The position numbers and the translations under genes are program-made. DNA of 63,193 bases, counting the filler, from Sphacelaria rigidula (lineage: Eukaryota), in the NCBI GenBank assembly GCA_964200075.2. It is 4 parts of 4 records of this genome, joined end to end, with 100 filler letters (N's around TTAATTAATTAA, not from the genome) between each part and the next. Parts side by side here need not be neighbours in the genome. Positions count along the whole stretch, not along the records: positions 1 to 15,728 come from CAXNAA020001623.1; positions 15,829 to 31,555 come from CAXNAA020001624.1; 2 more parts are not named here. One strand, given 5' to 3'. Positions 11,200 through 23,290 of this stretch are shown here, in pieces. Within the stretch, counting starts at the first letter, position 1. Each line of letters opens with the position of its first letter. The notes under the pieces were generated by a model. That model ran no database searches, was not told the origin of the DNA, and worked only from the letters and a program-made list of their open reading frames with translations.

Positions 11200-14100
11200 T
11201 CAGTACGAAAGTGTATGATATATGATATGCCTCATGTGTGACTGTACGAAAGTGCCGTGGTCTCCAGTGCAATCCTGAGCTGGACTGTATACTGTCGCCC
11301 GCAGTCCAGTGCAGCCTACATTGGGGAGACAACGCAAAATACACTGCTACCGCCATCTGCCGTTGGGTGTTGTCTTCTCCGGTACCTGGCTGTGGAGGAA
11401 ACTGTCGTGCACCGTTCACAGCGTCTCCTGTTGTACTGCGCGCCGCTGGTGCGCACGGTACCCTTGCGGTACTCTACTGCACGCCGTCGTGTACTGTGTA
11501 CCGTCGCGCACGGTGCATTCTGGCGTGAGATATAATAAAAACAAGCCTGACAGAAGACATCGTTACTGCGATTTGATGCCGTGTGCTGTACTGCGCTGTA
11601 CTGCAGTATAGTGTGCTGTACTGGAGTGGACTTCACTGTACTGCAGTTTACTGCAGCACCCGGTACTATACTGTCCTGTGGTGTACTGTGGTGTACTGTG
11701 TACTGAGCTGAGCAACACTTATGCGGTACCGTGCCGTCGGGTATTCAACCGTGTATTCACCTGCCAGGCCCGGTCGCGACAGATGTTTTGTTGTGTAGAG
11801 CCCCGTGCCAGTGTGTTCTGCACTGTACTGGTGTGTACCGTACTCTCCCCTGCCTCACGATTATTTCCTCGACCGTGCTGTCGTCACCAACGTAGGGTCC
11901 TCTATTCGCCTCTCCTGCACCATGCACCCGTGCACAATACACTACGATATCATCATTACTGGTGTTCCGTGCTCTTGCGCCGTGCTGTAGTGTAGCGTGC
12001 TGCAGTTCACTGCAGCACCCGGTACTATACTGTCCTGTGCTGCACAGGTACAGTGTACTGTGCCGAGCAACACTCCTGCGGTACCGTGCGGTCGGGGATC
12101 GAACCATATTTTCACCTGTCAGGCCCGGTCGCGACGGGTGTATTCTTGTGTAGAGCCCCGTGCCAGTGTATTCCGCACTGTACTAGTGTGTGCTGTCTCG
12201 ACCGTGCTGTCGTCACCAACGTAGGGTCCTCTATTAGTTTTTCCTGTACCATGCAGCCGTGCACAATACAACACCATATCCTCATTACTGGTGTTCCGTG
12301 CTCTTGTGTTCGATGCCGCATGTTGCGCAGACTGTTCCAATTTCCATGGCGCGGTAGTCGCTCGAAAATCTGGGTTGCTTCTCCGCAGGTGTGGCCGACG
12401 ATGACGACGCCCCCCAAGGCGCTGACCGGCATTCACCAGCACTTTCACAAGCCTGAATTAGATGACGCTGGAACGCTGGTAAGAGGTACTGGAAAGCTGG
12501 GAGCATGCGTACATCGATCCTACGGGGAAGGTCAAGCGCCTGTAGTGCGGGTGCAAACCTGCGGCGGCAGAGAAGCACCAGTGCGGGCGCAACTGCACTT
12601 GCGCTAGGACGGGGAAGGACTGTCATCCCACCCTGTGTGGGTGCGAGGGACGATGGACCGGAGTTGCAGCAGCAACGCGCGCGCCAGAAACTGAAGTGTC
12701 ACAGCCGGAGGTGGAGGGGGGGAGTGAGTCGGAGGGTGACAGCAGCGCCGCGGCAACGGATAGTGATGAAGAGTCGGAGTGGGATGAGAGCACGTGGTCG
12801 GATGAATCTTTTGATTCGGACGGAGACGATGGGGGGGACCCGATGGAGAAACATCCGCAGCGCCTTGTCCTGGGGTGATGGAGTGGTAGTCACTTTTAGG
12901 TGAGGTATGCAGTAAAGGAGAGTTGAGGATGTCGTGTACAGCATGGAGAATAGGGCTATACAGACGTGAGATAGCCTCCACTCGTGTCGATCTGCCGTGC
13001 GGCGTACCGAACGCGTATTGGTGGCATACATAGGCATCATTCTTTCCCTGCCGGTGTACGGCGGAGCAATGTCGCACGTCGCTTCATGGTGTTTCTTCGT
13101 CGATGCGAGGATCCATACCCTAAGAAGACCGTTTCTTTCGATTCATTTTCTCCCCTCGTATTTTGCAACAAATGATGACGAGAATATATCGCTGGGAAAA
13201 CTTTACAAGAGATGTTGACCCTAGCTTACGGTTCCAGATATAATTTATGGAGGTGTGAAACCAAAACAGTTGGGAGGTACCAGAAGTATCCGTCAGCGTT
13301 ATTCAATGGGGTATCGCGAAAGCGAGGTACAAAAGCCTGAAGAGTTTGCCATGCAGGCTTCCTGTGTTTGTGTAAGGGGACGTTGAACATAGACCTCCCC
13401 CGATCGCTGCTGGTCCAGCTCGCACTGTGTGCAAACTGGCATCTTCACTCTATACTGCTGTATCCCGTATGCGGCAGGACAGACGGTAGTACTCTACTGT
13501 GTAGTACTGTCCATACTGTACTCCTCCACACCAATTGTCGTGCAGCCGTTGTATATTACCGTCTGCAACCTGACATGTGCGCATCTATACTGCCGCGTGC
13601 GGCAGGCAGAACAGGCAGTATTGTACTGCTCACTTCTGTCTGCACTGCACGTTGCTCACATCATATTCATTGCAGCCGTTGTACTACTAGCAAAAAAACA
13701 TTTCCATCGTACGGTACTTTCGAATGCGGCAGAACAAGCCGTATTGCCTGCACTGCACGTCGTCCAAATAATTTTCGGCGGTTTTTGGGTGCAGCCTGGC
13801 ATGTGCATCCTACTGTTCAATGCGGCAGTGCAAACGGCACAGTACTGCTTGGCGTCGTCTGTGTCGCACGTTGTCCACGAATACACTTAGACTATAACTC
13901 CGTCTGCTCTTGAAAAAGAAAGAAATAATTCAAACTAAGCTGCCGCACCATCTTCCCCCATTGCCCCAAGCTTGGATATCAATTTCCGTGACTAACCTAT
14001 TTGCTTGTGTCGACGAGGCGCCTTTACCCTTTTGTCGTAGTTATTATACTGTGTACAGAGGACTGTTCGTATTAGAATGCCATACGTTATGATGCAAATG

Positions 14101-14720
14101 GGAGATGATGAACTATATTCAGGGTTTCAGGCGCCGAAGATAGTGCTGATCGTGAGGTGACAATATCCAAGTGAGGGTGGCTCGGCTGGAGCAAGCGCCG
14201 ACGCGCTTGTCGTCGAGTGTGGCCATCGAGGGAAACATGTCACAATAGTACTCACATAGTTCAGGCCCAATGTAGGCAGTATAGAGGCATGGCGGCTTGA
14301 AGCGCCTCGTACGCAATCTACAGCTGTACTACCGAACGGCAGTAGCACGAGTCGGCTCGGAATGCGCCGGTGCCCCGCCCGGCCGTGTACCGAAGGAACA
14401 GGCAGCACGTCACTGTGCAGTACTGTAGCAGTAGCCTGACACGGGGCTTGTATCACCATGTTGTATGTCGCATACGCAAGGTTCATGCCTCAATGTACAA
14501 GATGTGCGTTGAACAGAACGCCGATTTACAACTGCAGAACGGCAATAGCACGGCTCGGCCCAAAAGGCGCCGGCGGCCCAACCGACCGTGCACCCAGGGG
14601 ACAGGCAGGACGTCACCGTGCAGTACTGTAGGAGTAGCCTGATACGGGACTTGTACCACCATGCTGCATGTTGCATACACAAGGAGTATGCCTCGATGCA
14701 CAACGGGTGCGTTGCACAGA
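11200..14720. repeat. GTACT/CAGTAC-rich low-complexity region with internal direct duplications, flanking a decayed ORF-like core (about 12340-13080)
   Basis: About 11630-11990 is repeated at about 11995-12305, and about 14310-14500 at about 14540-14720. Dense GTAC motifs. The core contains an acidic stretch (EGGSESEGDSS...DSDGDD). Confidence 0.55.
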
Positions 14721-14759
14721 ATGCCGGTCGCAACAAGAGATAGGATTACCATATATCCT

Positions 14760-14938
14760 AAGGGGCCCCACGAACTAAACCCCAAGAGCCGTGACCCCCC
14801 AAGCAAATAGATTTCAGTACAGTAGTCGGGAAAACAAAAGCCTTAATTTTTTTCATTGCGATTCTTCCCGTGGTTGCATTGGGGTAAATGAGAGGGGCGG
14901 GGGGCTGTGGTTCCTGTGCTATTTTGATGGGGCCCCTT
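14760..14938. mobile_element. Small MITE, possibly PIF/Harbinger (Tourist-like)
   Basis: 11-bp TIR AAGGGGCCCCA / TGGGGCCCCTT in an AT-rich context. Confidence 0.45.
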
Positions 14939-15015
14939 TTATATCCCGATACCTCGCTAGGGTTACACCCTGCCTGCTGTGGTGCATTGTACTACTTTCA
15001 GATATACACAGTAAT

Positions 15016-15351
15016 CAGTGGATTCTCGAAAATGGGGTTGAAAAACAAAACGAGGTTCAACACTAAAGCCGTGCTTTCCCTGACGTAAATGCATGACAAA
15101 TGACTTCCAAGCACGGTTTTGAGGACAAAAAAATGTCACCTTTTCACCTCGAAACCGAGGCAAATATGTTCTTTCGCACATACCCTTTGGGGGAATGCAA
15201 GGTTATAAATCCTCCGATATAGTTTCAGGGAGGTCGGGAGGGATGGGGTGGTCCATATGGAAGCAATTTGTCATGAATTTACGTCAGGGAACGTACGGCT
15301 TTTGAGCTGAACCTCATTTTGTTTTTCAATCCCATTTTCGAGAATCCATTG
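15016..15351. mobile_element. MITE family B copy 1 (long fold-back TIRs)
   Basis: CAGTGGATTCTCGAAAATGGGGTTGAAAAACAAAACGAGGTTCA... pairs with ...TGAACCTCATTTTGTTTTTCAATCCCATTTTCGAGAATCCATTG. Homologous to 29023-29443. Confidence 0.8.
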
Positions 15352-15728
15352 TTCGTAGTATATATAATACAGTATATATGGTCTACCAAGGGTCTGTCGA
15401 GAGAAAAAATTCGGACACGGAGTCCCCTCCCTCCCTTTGGCACTTTCTACGATATCCCCCCCCCCCCCCCACAAACACCAGCCCGAAACTGTCACGAAGA
15501 AAATGTTCATACAGCATCTGATGCTTGGTTTCTGGCGGCTCGAAGCGCCTCGTACGGGCGACATTGACAAAAACGAACGCGAGGGTGGGAATTCCCAGCT
15601 GCTCCTTGTGCTCAGCTTTTTCCCGTTCGATGTACGTGTAGATTTTGCTCCCCCAAACCAGCCTGGGTGTACTCATGATAGTGCATGCCATAGTCATAAG
15701 ACCATTGACCTCGCATCCCTACAAAGCC

Positions 15729-15828
15729 NNNNNNNNNNNNNNNNNNNNNNNNNNNNNNNNNNNNNNNNNNNNTTAATTAATTAANNNNNNNNNNNNNNNN
15801 NNNNNNNNNNNNNNNNNNNNNNNNNNNN
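15729..15828. other. Artificial contig junction (100 nt N spacer containing TTAATTAATTAA)
   Basis: N run with a six-frame-stop linker. Confidence 0.97.
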
Positions 15829-17712
15829 TCATGCTCACATCTCACATCCCCCTGTAAACAATTTCCAGCTTCGAGGAATTTGAAGCCTTATGACACTTAT
15901 GCCGGAAGTTGTATCTACACAATATCTAGACTATAGTGTCGAGTGTGCATATCATGTGGCGCAGCGGCCGGAGGTATAGGCAGGAAGGCCACTGGACACA
16001 ATACGACCCATCTCGTCACTCGTCACATAATAATGCCAACCGCCCGTATTGCGCAACGAGCTCTTCGAAAATTCGAAAAGATAATTTTGTTTTTTAGTTC
16101 CGTCGAAAAATCGACTGAGAAGTGCTCGGTTTCGGTTTCATTTTTTTCTTTTTTTTGAAAAAAAACGACCGAGAAGTGCTCGGTTTCGGTTCCGATTTTT
16201 TCGTTTAAAAAAAAAACCCGACCGAAACCAATTGACTTTTTCGAAAAAAAACAAAAAACCGACCGAGCCATTTTCAGCTTCGGTTCACAACACTGGATAC
16301 TTGTGTATTGAATCTTCGCTTGGCCATAACGAACCAACAAAAGGGGAAACGCTTGATATATATATATATATAAATATATTACTCGTCCAAGACGTTTTAG
16401 TATAGTACAGACCATCTTTCCACGAGAACGTCCATACATCTCAGAAAAAAATGAAGGATCCACTTTTTTTCGACATGACCTTACGACTCTGCGTGATGAG
16501 TTCCGAATGTCAACTATTGACACCGAGCTGAAAAACTGATATTAGGTCCGATATGATTGTTTTTTCCCCCTCAAAACTCCCCTAAAACCAAAACAAAGTG
16601 AAGAAAAACGAGCAACGATGTTTTTTTCATCACTATACGCTAGCGATTCTTCAAACTGTACGAAATTTCAAAGCACAACTCTCAAAAGCTAAGACGCAAT
16701 GTCCAGAGTTAGTGCATCAAGTGCATCAGCTCGAAATATATTGATTTTCGTCTGGAAAATTATGTGCGCCATATCTCGAGACAGATAAGGGGCTAGGCGA
16801 AAGTGAGGGTATCAGTTGTCTCCCCGTGTCCACACCAAATATCGCCATCATCCACTGTATAAGTCGTTCGGGGATTCATATATAGACTTTAGGATGGACG
16901 CTATCTCTGTCCGGTTTAAGAATTACCATACCTGGGACTTGATCAACGTAGAAGAACATTAACCCAGACTTTCGAGAACATCGGCGCCTTCTCCATGATC
17001 AGACGACTAATGCGATATGCGGATCACGACTCAACTCGTCTGTGTCGATGAGATACTGCTTTGAAAGCTTAAACTCGCGTCTAGGCCGGCCCAGCTCGTG
17101 CGCTGTTGGTGTTCAATTGATTCACCTGACATCAATAAACGTACCACGGTACAATTTCTTGTTTCATGTTGTTTTTTTTGGGGGGGGGGGTTCATGCGCC
17201 CAAACTTGGCGACCGAGTTTTAAGGTGAAACCTTTCGATAGTTTACTCTCACTCAGAGTAGAGGCAAAATGCGATTTTGCGCGGGCTTGGCTGGACAAAA
17301 ACAACGGTTGCCGCGGACACCCCCAAGACATGGTGGTTTCACGAGCGCATGATATGCATCCAGCGTGTCATGGCGGTTATGAGTTTATCCCGCAATCTAA
17401 ACAGCGCACATTGGAAATTGCAGCAGCAGTGACAGCAGCAGCGCTAGCGTACAGTCAAAAGTCCAAAGGGTGTGCGAAACTGTCTCAAGTATTTGCAACG
17501 TCAACACGAAGTCTATTATAAATGTTCGCCATTGTAGAACACCATGGTGTATTGTACCCGCGTACGTGAGGACGAAACGACAATGGGCGTGATTCGCGAT
17601 AGCTGCCGTCAGCCTCCAACCCGTATCATCGATCTCAACTCAACCCCTGATCCCTTGGCCTGGGCGCGACTCTGACCGTAACGCTAACGCTTTGCTCCGG
17701 ATATACCTTCAG

Positions 17713-20700
17713 ATGCTAGCGGCACCGTTCGCAACGCTTTACGTGCTCGACGCTCAGGGCAAGATGGAACGAAAGGTGCGGAGCAAATGGCAAAGATAGC
17801 CTGGATTGTATGTGTGTGTGTCTTAACTGATCGTGTCATCATCCATTCTTCACCCGCAGCCACCCTATCATTGAATATCGTCTTACCCGCTCCTGTTTGT
17901 TGTCAATTCACTGCAATGGATCTGTGAACGCACGATCGATGACACTGGTAATGCTCACGCTGCCTGTACTCATCTGTGAAATTTATCCACGATTTTGCTG
18001 GGTTGTATGTTCCAGCCGCGATCGTACTTCAAGGAGTAGCGCTTTTTTTTGGTTCGGGTCGGTACCGTCATCTCTCATAGTATAGTCCCCATCTTTTTGG
18101 ATGTCATGGATGATATGATACAGTTGGCAACATGCTCCGACTGTTCTGTGTTTATCTTACTGCTGTTGTTCGCCATCGGGAAAATTCCTTCCTTACGCCA
18201 CTTTTTTTCCCTCACATATTGAACGCTCCACCCATTTCTCGGTACAAATGTGTAGTCTCGAAGGATCAAGCAGGGTCTCCCCCCAGGACCTGCCTAGCAA
18301 CTGTCTATCAAGCACCGAGTTCGTGGTCCCTCAGGCCATCGGGTTTGAATGGATTTGTATTCTCGAATCACGCTCATGCGCTTTCAATGTCATGATCCAG
18401 ATTCTTGAAAAGAAGATGACATATATCCCTTGTACTACAACACCCCCTCCGTCGCGATGAGTCTGCAGTTGCAAAGAATCAACCCATCTTCCCCCTGTCG
18501 CGATGTTACTACTGACGTCAACCGCGCTCTCTCTATCTCCCCATGGGTGCTGAGTAAGCGCTTTTGATCCGACTCCCAGTTTTTTACCCGACGGGCGTGA
18601 TTTGGTGGAAGCAGAAGGACTCGCCGTTCGCACCGGGTACATCGTACGTGAATTTACAATGCTTACATCTACTTGAAGTACTCGCCTTTGGGAGTACTAC
18701 TAGGAGTATCACCTGGGTTGCTAGAGTATAGCGTGGATGAGAGAACTACTACGATAAAGTGGTGCTTATTGCTGCCCAAATAAAGAAGTGAACGACGAGC
18801 GTGGGTAGTCTGAAAGGCTCGCAAAGGTACTCCCTTGACTAAAGGCGTGCTTTTCCTGCGAGAACCATATTTGCTCTTTCAGCGATCCACATGCATGGGA
18901 CACATGACCTCCTGTACTCCATTTTTTTGCTGCTTGCCGAGTGCTGTTCAGGGGGTTTGTATCATTCGTCGTTCGGCGTTAATCTCGTGCATGTATTCGT
19001 CCTTCTTCGCCGGTGTATGTAGGTTTCATTGGCACAAGAAGCGGCATCCATCTATGCTTCGCGCCAACCACCTTTACCAGAGAACATGTGTTGTGCATTA
19101 TTTTGTCATCGACACATAAAGAAGCTTATCCATGCACTCTCTTCGTGGTGTGGATCGTTTGTTCTCTCTTGTGGGGTCGACGAACCAGTTTCCTCTCGAT
19201 TTGAAACGCGGCGTGATGATGCACGACATGGCCCTCACGGACAAGCACATGATCTTCCTCGACCTGCCCCTCGTTGTAGAGGGGGAGCGGATGCTCAAGG
19301 GCCAGCTACCCGTCGTCTTCGATAAGACCGCCGAAGCCAGGTACGGAGCACACAGCGAGTGCGCGAGTAGTTGTGTGTTGTCTCGGATGCGTGTTTTTTG
19401 CGATCGCTACACAGGAAATTGTTCCGTAGCCAAACCCCTCCAGTTGGCGTCAAGTTACGTATCACTTGCACTGTCGAAGCCAAACTGAAGTTGGTGGCGT
19501 GTTGCTCCCCGCCCTTGCCATGACCGCCGAGGGCGAAGACAGTATCCGGTGCTAATGTCCTGAAGGCGTTCCAGTACGGTCGAAAGGTAGTCAGGCAACC
19601 CTTCACGAGGTTATTTGTCCAGGGAGTATGTATGCCAGTACCAGTGTTTTTAACTTGATGTCAGTTTGACGAAGTCTTCCACATGACGGGAGTTTTTTTT
19701 TTCCTTCACGGAAGGAGAAAGCCCAACTCAACACATGCCCCGCAAGCGAGTTTGTGAGGGATGTTCTCAAACTGATCCAAAGATGACTATGTGACATAAT
19801 CACATGAGCGTCCGCTTGACGAATCGTGATGTGAGGCATGCCTCGCCCAGTTCAGAGGTGGGGCATGTGAGATCCTTTTCGGCACAGTCGACCATGTATC
19901 ATTCGAGGGATCATGCGTGTTTCAGCACGAACGGGGTCGGCCACTTCTGATTTCAAGCACATGGGGAAATCGGCGCCAAATTCGTTTTCGAAACCCTCCG
20001 TCATGAACCGCAAGAGCAACATGTTGTCTGATCAGTCTCGAGCCACCATGGTTTTTAGCAATGCCTGTTTGTGCTGTTTGTGACGACTACCAAGAAAACA
20101 CGAATATTTGTAGCCTCGCATGGCTCGAAAAATTACCGTTGAATGTCAGACCTGAGGCCAAACGCGTTTACGCGTTCCGGTCAAGCAGTCATTACGTTGG
20201 TGTTTTGTCATCGTTTTTTGTGACGCTGCCTGCCCGAAATGACGCTAGAGCACCGTATACCACGCGTTTTGCGTTTGTTGCGTTTTGCGTTTTTTCAGTC
20301 AGTGGTGATTATCTGAAGACAAGTGTGCGAGCCATATCTCGCGTGTTGCGTTGATTTGCGGGCGTGCCCAGCCGCCCGCGTCACCGTACCACCCCACACG
20401 AATCATCGCCTCAATGGCTGGATTATGCCTGACAACAAGAAGCCACCTGAGTGAAGAAGCCAACCAATCAATCAGGAACTGAATAGTGGTAGTAAATGTA
20501 GACAGATCAAGTACAGTAGTCGTTTCTCCTGGTCTTCCAGCGCCAGATCCGAGTCCTCAAATGGTGGGAAGTCAACAATGTATCTCTGTGGCAGTAATAG
20601 GACTGACTGACCGCAGCTCATTGGCGATTCCAGCGCATGTTCTGCTGTAGAAGCCCGCACAGCACGTAGAGAGCATGCAAGCATTTTCTCGTGCGCAAGT

Positions 20701-22948
20701 TACTTTTTCGCGATTTGCACATACCATGTGACCACACGATTGAATGTACAGTTACTGTTACAGTTTCGTTTTGTTGGGTACGTCTATCATGAGACCACGG
20801 CTGGACCCCTGGGAGGTCAGTTAAAAGTGCGACAATCAAATCAAATCGTCGATCAAAGTCACATCTCTGCTTTGTGTGCGTCGCGATTAGCCACGTACAA
20901 GGCAAAAAAACAAATTCGTCCGAAGTCACACCCAGCCAGCTGTTTTTCATGTGTTTACTCGTGTCTTTTTCACGCGTGCCTGTTCCTGGAGTGGGTCAGT
21001 TGCGGTCATGTGAATCGTCTTCATTTCTTATCCAGTTCGAAAATGGTGGGGTGGAGTCGTCAGTTTGGTTGTATGGTTCAATGATTGCCATACGAGGTTC
21101 CCGCTTCTTCTGTCTGGTTTAAATATGTTCAGGTGGAGCTTTCGGTTTTGCCGCCGGCCTCAACGCTTGGCATGTGCCCCTTGTGCCCGGTTCGAAAATG
21201 GCCATGTGAAAATTTACCCTATACATGAAAAGCCGTTCAAAGGCCCCTACAGTCGAGTTCCGAGGAATCTTCGCACTCGAGGGATTGACCCTCGCTCGGC
21301 TCACGCAGGACCGCCGAGGGTACGTTGCTTTCACGTTTCTCCGAGATAATGGACGTACCAATGGCGGGGGGAGTTGAGTTTGTGAAACTTATCGACTCGT
21401 CCCGACGAAAGAGAGGCCAGGAGGGGGGGAGGTGCTCATGGTTTTGCATTCTGTCGTCTTGAGACCATTGGCCTCGCATCCCTACAAAGCCGTGACAGAG
21501 CACGCGGGGTTTTCGCCAGACCGGGCTCGCAATCGATCTCCAAGCGCGAAGCGCTGTGATGTGCTCTACGAATCGCATGAAGGGTGAGCTGCATCCTGCT
21601 AAGATTTGTTCGGCCCGAAGCGTACTGATTATCTTGCATATGGATGACAGCCTCCAATGAGTTGCTTCATTTTTCTGTCATCGCCACTTCCAGAGACAGC
21701 CATCGGTTACAGGATGTTCGTGTTCGTGTTCATCTTGTTCTTCGCCCTGTTTCTATGTCGTTCTAATATTGACTTTTCTTTTTCGTTTGTCTCTCGTTCC
21801 TGTCCAGTTCACTGCGTTCGTTGCATGTTCCGTTTTTGTTCGCCTTTCTCGACTTCCCTTGAGCGAGTGTTTCCGTTTTGTTAACCTTGCAAGATTCTAT
21901 TCTGCAGCCACGGCCGGATCCCCCGAAGATCACTGTCCAACATCATCCTCCAACGTCATTAAACGTGAACGTGCGATAATCCGCTCATCGATACATTTGT
22001 CGTCTTCTCGGAGGGCGGTTATTCCGCATCTTGTTGATCGTAACATGATATTTTTCATGTTTTTTTTGCCACCTGATTTTGGAGACCGCTACGCGTCTTG
22101 TGTCATGGATTCCAGGATGGCCGTGCTTCCAATCGGTGCCACGGACTGCTCAGACATGAAGTGGTTCGTCCTTCCCGAGGTGAAATCTGTGCACACTGCC
22201 GATGATCGCCTACTTTCTCTGTAGAACATGCGTGGGTTTCATAGGTACATGCGGCCCTAATGATGTGTGTAGTAGCAGTGTTTGTTCATTAAAATGCTTC
22301 TGAGCGTTCTGTCCGGTGCACACAAATGCCAGGATATTCCGTCGTGAAATATGATATGTCCTGTCGTGAGCCTGTACTGTGTTCGTGACGCGTCATGGTC
22401 ACGGGGGCGCATGGCGACTCCCAGAATCTGCCGTTTTACGCTAGGGGATAATATGCCGTTTTACGTGCTTGGACTTTGATTCAAGGAGGCGATCATGTTC
22501 AGTTGATGGTACTACGCTCTCAACCGTTCGCAAAGTGAAGACGCGTGTTTGCCGCGCAACGTCGGTGCTTGTTTGCCTGCACAAGACTACAGTGTATATG
22601 CACAAGACCTATTTTGTGTCTTCATCTGGCGTACGGGTGCGGGGAAGATAGAATAGGGCAATAGGGTCAGCAATAAAAAAAACAAGACAATTATCGGCGT
22701 CACAAAACAAGCAAAATGCAAAGAACACATTTGTGTTCATTTTTGTTAATGCTGACCGGGGAAATATGGTCGTACGACGGCCCGTGTCATTGTGGATTCG
22801 TGCCCGTGACTTCTTTCGTCGCAGACTTTTGCGACATTTCACGTGTTGAACGCCTTCGAAGAAGATGACGGCGAGCTGATCAAGATCATCTCATGTGATT
22901 TCTACGAATTCGACCTCAACATCGTCCGCACCCACTTACAAGGATCTG
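17713..22948 (+). CDS. CCD: Carotenoid cleavage dioxygenase (RPE65/CCD family), internal exons 17713-17775, 19189-19340, 22116-22179, 22825-22948; 5' and 3' exons not found in this contig
   Basis: Spliced translation MLAAPFATLYVLDAQGKMERK-FPLDLKRGVMMHDMALTDKHMIFLDLPLVVEGERMLKGQLPVVFDKTAEAR-MAVLPIGATDCSDMKWFVLPE-TFATFHVLNAFEEDDGELIKIISC matches the CCD1-type motifs MMHDFAIT...IFMDLP, RFGVLP...WFELP and FIFHNANAWEE. Two Fe-ligand His residues are present. Canonical splice sites, phases 0,2,0. Confidence 0.9.
19189..19340 (+). CDS. CCD: CCD exon containing the MMHD His ligand
   Basis: accag|TTT acceptor and AG|gtacgg donor. Confidence 0.9.
21424..21712 (+). mobile_element. MITE family C copy (G-run termini, about 330 bp; right end missing)
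   Basis: Clear similarity to 33380-33700, 37385-37716 and 15665-15728 (ACCATTGACCTCGCATCCCTACAAAGCC, TATGGATGACAGCCTCCAATGAGTTGCTTCATTT). Confidence 0.75.
22825..22948 (+). CDS. CCD: CCD exon containing the FHVLNAFEE His ligand
   Basis: cgcag|ACT acceptor and G|gtaagc donor. Confidence 0.88.
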
Positions 22949-23160
22949 GTAAGCCTCGAGAAGCAAAACACGTACGATTTGTGGTGTATGTGAAGCACGC
23001 AGCCGTCCAGCCAGACTTGGAAGAGTATAGCCTGCAGTGGTCATGATTACGTGAGATCAACCACCTAGAATTGAACCTTTTGCTTTCAAAGGCGGGTTAC
23101 GGCCCCAAATCGCTTTTGCATGCAGATCCTTCACCACATATACAACAGTCGTTACTCCTC

Positions 23161-23290
23161 GCCGGTCGCCCCGGTGGCTCAGTTGGTAGCCTCGAAACCC
23201 TCTGACGGCTGGGTTGTGGGTTCAAATTTCGGAGCGATCTAGGATTTTTTCTCACACCATGCCCAACAGTGGAGAGCGACTATCGCAAAC
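23161..23290 (+). mobile_element. tRNA-derived SINE 5' fragment
   Basis: A-box TGGCTCAGTTGG (23175-23186) and B-box-like GGTTCAAATT. Homologous to 4740-4864 on the minus strand. Confidence 0.75.

Noticed and set aside
11200..12310. CRISPR-like array
   Set aside because: No constant repeat alternating with unique spacers; it is low-complexity GTAC sequence plus a segmental duplication in a eukaryotic context.
23161..23235. tRNA gene
   Set aside because: A and B boxes are present, but I see no acceptor-stem pairing or full cloverleaf, and the sequence continues into a dispersed repeat body. It is a SINE head.
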